Below are positions 59,052 through 64,000 of a stretch of DNA of 64,000 nucleotides, piece by piece. The translations under genes and the position numbers were made by a program. Numbering within the stretch: position 1 is the stretch's first letter; each line of letters opens with the position of its first letter. The notes beneath the pieces are model-generated. The model saw nothing but the letters and a program-made list of their open reading frames with translations, made no database searches and was not told the DNA's origin. The stretch lies in the NCBI RefSeq assembly GCF_017994835.1, contig NZ_JAGOKC010000001.1, one strand, 5' to 3'. Origin of the DNA: Aquabacterium sp. (GTDB taxonomy: Bacteria > Pseudomonadota > Gammaproteobacteria > Burkholderiales > Burkholderiaceae_C).

Positions 59052-60341
59052 TCAGTGAGGGGCGTGATGCCCGTCGCTGCGTGCAATGTTGAGCAGGTGT
59101 GCCAACTCGTCGGGATAGCGACGCATATTGCTACGGTGCCACAGACCGATCAGCAACATGACGCTGGCCACGAACAGGCCAAAAGCTGTGATCGCCCCGT
59201 AAGCCGACAGCCCCGAACTGGTCAAACCGGTGTACATCAGGCCGAGCACCAGGATGCAGGCCTGTTCGTTGAAGTTCTGCACTGCAATCGAACGACCGGC
59301 TCCCATCAGGTTGTGACCCCGGTGTTGCAGCAGCGCGTTCATGGGCACCACCAGGAAGCCCCCCAGTCCGCCCAGGATGATCATGAACGGCACGGTGACA
59401 GTGATGTCACGCAGGAAGTTCATGCCCAGAACGAGCAAACCCATCGCCACGCCCAGCGGGATCACCAACGTGGCCTGGTCCAGACGCATCTTGACCGAGG
59501 CCCACACCGCCCCCACAGCCGTGCCGATGGCCACAACCCCCACCAGAGCCGAGGCCTTTGTGGTGTCGTAGTGCAAGGCCACCCCCGCCCAGGCCAGCAC
59601 GATGTAGCGCAGATTGCCCGAGACCCCCCAGAACAGCGTGGTGGTCGCCAGCGAGATCTGGCCCAGCTTGTCACCCCACAGGCGTGAGCTGCACTGCATG
59701 AAATCTTTCACCAGAAAGATCGGATTGGCAGCATAGGGTTGCAGCGGTGTTTCCGTGCGCGGAATGCGCAGGTTGAACAGCGAGGCGATGACATAGAGAA
59801 TGATCAAGGTGGCGATCGCTGCCTCGGCGGGTGTGTGGATGCCCGTGTCCACCCAGGGCAGATCCACCGACAACAACCACGGCGCAATGGCATGCCCCAT
59901 CAACTGTCCGCCCAGCACCACCCCCAGAATGATCGAGGTGATGGTCAACCCCTCAATCCAGCCATTGGCCTTGACGAGCTGGGAAGGGGGCAGGAGTTCG
60001 GTGAGGATGCCGTATTTGGCGGGCGAGTAAGCCGCCGCGCCCAGTCCGACCACCGCGTAGGCCATCAGCGGGTGAGAGCCAAACAGCATCATCAGGCAGC
60101 CCACCACCTTGATGGCGTTGGACATGAACATGACCTTGCCTTTGGGCCATGCATCCGCAAAAGCGCCCACAAAAGGTGCCAGGATCACGTAAAAGAGCGC
60201 AAACATCGGCACCAGGGCCGCGCGCTGCCATTCTGGCGAGCCGTCGGTTCTGAGCAGTTCAACCGCTGCGACGAAAAGCGCGTTGTCGGCCAGCGAGCTG
60301 AAGAACTGCGCCGCCATGATGGTGAAAAAGCCTTTTTTCAT
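59052..60341 (-). CDS. lplT: Lysophospholipid transporter LplT-like MFS protein
   Basis: MKKGFFTIMAAQFFSSLADNALFVAAVELL... in a 12-TM MFS protein. I chose ATG 60341. Confidence 0.8.
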   Translation of the reverse strand: MKKGFFTIMAAQFFSSLADNALFVAAVELLRTDGSPEWQRAALVPMFALFYVILAPFVGAFADAWPKGKVMFMSNAIKVVGCLMMLFGSHPLMAYAVVGLGAAAYSPAKYGILTELLPPSQLVKANGWIEGLTITSIILGVVLGGQLMGHAIAPWLLSVDLPWVDTGIHTPAEAAIATLIILYVIASLFNLRIPRTETPLQPYAANPIFLVKDFMQCSSRLWGDKLGQISLATTTLFWGVSGNLRYIVLAWAGVALHYDTTKASALVGVVAIGTAVGAVWASVKMRLDQATLVIPLGVAMGLLVLGMNFLRDITVTVPFMIILGGLGGFLVVPMNALLQHRGHNLMGAGRSIAVQNFNEQACILVLGLMYTGLTSSGLSAYGAITAFGLFVASVMLLIGLWHRSNMRRYPDELAHLLNIARSDGHHAPH

Positions 60342-60540
60342 GCGCGAGCGTCGTGAGAGATCATTTCCGTGAGTTGCATGCCAGACCGACGAACTGGTCC
60401 TGGCATCCACGCAGCCCCGGTCAGATCAACGGCCGCCGGTTATAGCACGACCGACCATTTTCTACCCACGATGCCAGCAAGCCGACGCGTGAACGGGGGT
60501 ACGGACAGCCTGGCGTCTCAGGGGTGGCAAAATCACGAAC

Positions 60541-61650
60541 ATGCCGCGCCCGCTCCAAGCCCTGATCCATCTCGACGCCCTTCACCACAACTTGCAGCGA
60601 GCGCGCGAATGCGCCCCCGACGCGCGTGTCTGGGCGGTCGTCAAGGCGAACGCTTATGGGCACGGCCTGCAGCGCGTTTACGAAGGGCTGCGCAGTGCCG
60701 ATGGCTTTGCCCTGCTTGACATTGCCGACGCCCAGCGTCTGCGCGACCTCGACTGGCGGGGCCCCATCCTGCTGATCGAAGGTGTGTTTGATGCGCGTGA
60801 CCTGGAATGGTGCTCGCGTCTGGGGTTATGGCATGTGGTGCACTGTGAAGAGCAGATCAACTGGTTGGCGCAGCACAAGACCGAATGGCCGCACCGTGTG
60901 TTCCTGAAAATGAACACCGGCATGAACCGACTGGGCTTCACGCCGCAGGCCTTTCGCAATGCCTGGCTGCGCCTGAGCGCCCTGCCCCAGGTGGATGAGG
61001 TCTCGTTCATCACGCACTTTTCCGATGCCGACAGCCCCAAGGGCATCGCGCAACAGGCCGAGGTGTTCCTCACGCATACGGCCGACCTGAGTGGTGAGCG
61101 CAGCCTGTGCAACAGCGCGGCCACCCTGCGTCATGCGCACGATCCGACCATCCGCGGCGACTGGATCCGTCCCGGCGTCATGCTCTATGGTGCCTCGCCC
61201 GATTACCCGGAGCACGACGCCACCCACTGGGGCCTGCAACCGGCCATGACGCTGCACAGCAAGCTCATCGGCCTGCAGTACCTGCAGGCGGGCGACACGG
61301 TGGGCTACGGCAGCACCTTCACCGCCGACCGCGAGATGCGCATCGGCGTGGTGGCCTGTGGCTATGCCGACGGCTACCCGCGCCACGCGCCCACCGGCAC
61401 CCCGGTGCTGGTCGATGGTGTGCGCGTGCCCTTGATCGGTCGCGTGTCGATGGACATGCTGGCGGTGGACCTGAGCTTGGCTCCACAAGCCCACATGGGT
61501 GCCGAGGTGACACTGTGGGGGCATGGCCCGCATGGCAGCACGCTGTCGATCGACGAGGTGGCCCGCCATTGCGGCACCATTGGCTACGAGCTGATGTGTG
61601 CGGTCTCCCAACGCGTCGCAATGGAAGTAAGAGAATCTCATGGAACCTGA
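60541..61650 (+). CDS. alr: Alanine racemase
   Basis: The PLP-lysine motif [10 protein letters not shown] is present, followed by ...[12 protein letters not shown]... Confidence 0.94.
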   Translation: MPRPLQALIHLDALHHNLQRARECAPDARVWAVVKANAYGHGLQRVYEGLRSADGFALLDIADAQRLRDLDWRGPILLIEGVFDARDLEWCSRLGLWHVVHCEEQINWLAQHKTEWPHRVFLKMNTGMNRLGFTPQAFRNAWLRLSALPQVDEVSFITHFSDADSPKGIAQQAEVFLTHTADLSGERSLCNSAATLRHAHDPTIRGDWIRPGVMLYGASPDYPEHDATHWGLQPAMTLHSKLIGLQYLQAGDTVGYGSTFTADREMRIGVVACGYADGYPRHAPTGTPVLVDGVRVPLIGRVSMDMLAVDLSLAPQAHMGAEVTLWGHGPHGSTLSIDEVARHCGTIGYELMCAVSQRVAMEVRESHGT

Positions 61651-62161
61651 CGCCCAACGCCACCAACTGCGCATGACCGTGCTCATGACGCCCGACATGG
61701 CCAACTTCTCCGGGAATGTGCATGGCGGCACCATTCTCAAGCTGCTCGACCAGGTGGCGTATGCCTGTGCCAGCCGCTATGCAGGCTCGTATGTGGTCAC
61801 GTTGTCGGTGGACCAGGTCACCTTCCGCCAACCCATCCACGTGGGTGAGCTGGTGACCTTCCTGGCCTCGGTGAACTACACCGGCACCTCGTCGATGGAG
61901 ATCGGCATCAAGGTGATCGCCGAGAACATCCGCACGCAAGTGGTGCGGCATGCCAACAGCTGCTTCTTCACCATGGTGGCCGTGAACGACCACGCCAAGC
62001 CCACGCCGGTCATGCCCCTGAACCCGAGCACACCCGACGAGAAGCGTCGTTTCAAGGCCGCCCGACTGCGCCGCCAGCTGCGTCAGGAACTGGAACAGCG
62101 CTTCCAAGCCATTCAGGCCGGCGAACCCGGCGATTCCGAAGCAGAGCTGACGCGTCCCTGA
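61640..62161 (+). CDS. Acyl-CoA thioesterase (hotdog fold, YciA-like)
   Basis: [34 protein letters not shown]... It overlaps the alr stop by 11 nt. Confidence 0.82.
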   Translation: MEPDAQRHQLRMTVLMTPDMANFSGNVHGGTILKLLDQVAYACASRYAGSYVVTLSVDQVTFRQPIHVGELVTFLASVNYTGTSSMEIGIKVIAENIRTQVVRHANSCFFTMVAVNDHAKPTPVMPLNPSTPDEKRRFKAARLRRQLRQELEQRFQAIQAGEPGDSEAELTRP

Positions 62162-62171
62162 CAATAGGGGC

Positions 62172-63548
62172 ATGGCCAAAGAGAAAACCGTCTACACCTG
62201 CAGCGAGTGCGGGGGCATCAGCCCCAAGTGGCTGGGCAAGTGCCCACACTGCAACGCCTGGAACACCCTCGAAGAGACCCGCGCCGAACCTGCTGCCGCA
62301 AGCAAGAACCGCATGCAGGCGCTCTCGCGCGGCCTGAACGCGGCGCAGCCGGTGACCACGCTGTCGCACATCGAGGCCGCTGACGTGGCACGCACGCCCA
62401 CCGGTCTGGAAGAGCTCGACCGGGTGCTGGGTGGCGGCATCGTCTCGGGTGGCGTGGTGCTGATCGGCGGCGACCCCGGCATCGGCAAGTCCACCCTGCT
62501 GCTGCAGGCGCTGGACGCCCTCTCGCGCCAGATGCCGGTGCTGTATGTGACCGGCGAGGAAAGCGGCGCCCAGGTGGCGCTACGCGCCCACCGGCTGGGC
62601 CTGGATGGCTCGCAGGTGCGGGTGCAGGCCGAGATTCAGCTGGAGAACATCATCGCCACCATGGAGGCCGAGAAGCCTTCGTTCTGCGTGATCGACTCGA
62701 TCCAGACCATTTACTCCGACCAGCTCACCTCGGCGCCAGGCTCGGTGGCGCAGGTGCGCGAATGCGCCGCCCACCTGACCCGCGTCGCCAAGGCCACTGG
62801 CTGCACCACCGTGCTGGTGGGCCATGTGACCAAGGAAGGTGCCATTGCCGGCCCGCGCGTGCTGGAGCATATCGTGGACACGGTGCTCTACTTCGAGGGC
62901 GACACGCACAGCAGCTTCCGCCTGGTGCGCGCCATCAAGAACCGCTTTGGCGCGGTCAACGAGATTGGCGTGTTTGCCATGACCGACAAGGGGCTCAAGG
63001 GCGTGACCAACCCCAGCGCCATCTTCCTGTCCACGCACAGCGAGCCGGTGCCGGGTTCGTGCGTGCTGGTGACGCTGGAGGGCACGCGCCCCCTGCTGGT
63101 CGAAATCCAGGCCCTGGTGGACGCTGGCGGACCCAGCCCCCGGCGTCTGAGCGTGGGCCTGGAGCGTGACCGTCTGGCCATGCTGCTGGCCGTGCTGCAC
63201 CGCCACGCCGGCATGGCGTGCTCGGACCAGGATGTGTTCGTCAACGCCGTGGGTGGCGTGCGCATCAGCGAACCGGCGGCCGACCTGGCCGTGTTGCTGG
63301 CGATCCAGAGCAGCCTGCGCGGCAAGCCGCTGCCCAAGGGCTTCATCGCATTTGGCGAAGTGGGCCTGGCGGGCGAGGTGCGCCCGGCGCCACGCGGTCA
63401 GGAGCGACTCAAGGAAGCGGCCAAGCTGGGCTTCAGCATCGCCGTGGTGCCCAAGGCCAATGCACCCAAAAAGCCCATCGAAGGGCTGACCATCCACCCG
63501 GTCGAACGGGTAGAAGAGGCCATCAGTCTGGTACGTTCGCTGATGTGA
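62172..63548 (+). CDS. radA: DNA repair protein RadA
   Basis: A zinc finger (CSECGGISPKWLGKCPHCNAW), Walker A (GGDPGIGKSTLL), the KNRFG motif and a Lon-like C-domain. Confidence 0.96.
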   Translation: MAKEKTVYTCSECGGISPKWLGKCPHCNAWNTLEETRAEPAAASKNRMQALSRGLNAAQPVTTLSHIEAADVARTPTGLEELDRVLGGGIVSGGVVLIGGDPGIGKSTLLLQALDALSRQMPVLYVTGEESGAQVALRAHRLGLDGSQVRVQAEIQLENIIATMEAEKPSFCVIDSIQTIYSDQLTSAPGSVAQVRECAAHLTRVAKATGCTTVLVGHVTKEGAIAGPRVLEHIVDTVLYFEGDTHSSFRLVRAIKNRFGAVNEIGVFAMTDKGLKGVTNPSAIFLSTHSEPVPGSCVLVTLEGTRPLLVEIQALVDAGGPSPRRLSVGLERDRLAMLLAVLHRHAGMACSDQDVFVNAVGGVRISEPAADLAVLLAIQSSLRGKPLPKGFIAFGEVGLAGEVRPAPRGQERLKEAAKLGFSIAVVPKANAPKKPIEGLTIHPVERVEEAISLVRSLM

Positions 63549-63567
63549 GGCTGGGGGGGGCTGAAGG

Positions 63568-64000
63568 TCAGCGCCGGATGGCCTTGCGCAGGTTCAGACC
63601 GGACAGCGCCAGCGCCCCGAAGTACAGCACCGCCGAGCCGACCAGGCAGGCGACCATCGCGCCGATGCGCACCATCGGCTGCGCGCGCAGCCCGATCCAG
63701 TCGATGTGGTGCACGGCCAGCCACAGGCCCACACCCAGCACCGCCGAAGCCACGCCCACGCGCAGGGCAAACAGCCACCAACCCGATGAAGGCTGGTAAC
63801 GGCCGGAGCGGCGCAGACCGATCAGCAACCAGGTGGCATTGACCAGCGAGCCCAGGCCGATGGACAGCGCCAGACCGGCATGGTTGAGGAAGGGCACGAA
63901 CACGGCGTTCAGGCACTGGGTGATCACCAGCACCGCGATGCCGATGCGCACGGGGGTCTTGATGTCCTGCGTGGCATAGAAGCCGGGTGCCAGCACCTTC
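63568..64000 (-). CDS. murJ: Lipid II flippase MurJ, C-terminal part (5' end beyond window)
   Basis: ...LAPGFYATQDIKTPVRIGIAVLVITQCLN... is the typical MurJ/MviN C-terminal region. The frame is open to the window edge. Confidence 0.85.
   Translation of the reverse strand, partial: KVLAPGFYATQDIKTPVRIGIAVLVITQCLNAVFVPFLNHAGLALSIGLGSLVNATWLLIGLRRSGRYQPSSGWWLFALRVGVASAVLGVGLWLAVHHIDWIGLRAQPMVRIGAMVACLVGSAVLYFGALALSGLNLRKAIRR

Overview
High-GC (about 65%) chromosomal segment with gene content and order typical of a betaproteobacterium (Burkholderiales, Comamonadaceae-like). Taxonomy is inferred from synteny only. Nearly all of it is densely packed housekeeping DNA: sspBA, petABC (cytochrome bc1), mscL, hisIE-tatABC, hisGDCBHAF plus murA, an ABC-2 exporter, tolB-pal-cpoB, rng-maf-rlmH-rsfS-nadD, hemF, purD, yebC, alr and radA. 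Four regions stand out. (1) A roughly 4.7-kb pocket lies between two different tRNA-Lys genes (40921-45776). It carries a tightly linked pair: a cytoplasmic protein with 19 phased 21-residue leucine-rich repeats, and an exonuclease-like / J-domain (HPD) fusion protein. This is my best candidate for an undescribed system. (2) A cyanophycin locus has tandem synthetase paralogs, the second with a destroyed Mur-ligase P-loop. It lies divergent from an ABC exporter with a zinc-ribbon-bearing N-terminal extension and a DUF1854 protein. (3) Two orphan PEP-CTERM protein genes each sit behind a sigma-54 type -24/-12 element. (4) Lys/Ala-rich histone-H1-like tails are fused to RsfS (about 170 aa) and to an HU-family protein. 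The his operon appears broken by an inversion of about 5.5 kb and by an antisense OmpA-family gene. I saw no CRISPR array, transposase, integrase or rRNA. All calls come from reading the supplied translations and sequence by eye; no database search was run. Coordinates of non-ORF features may be off by 1-2 nt.
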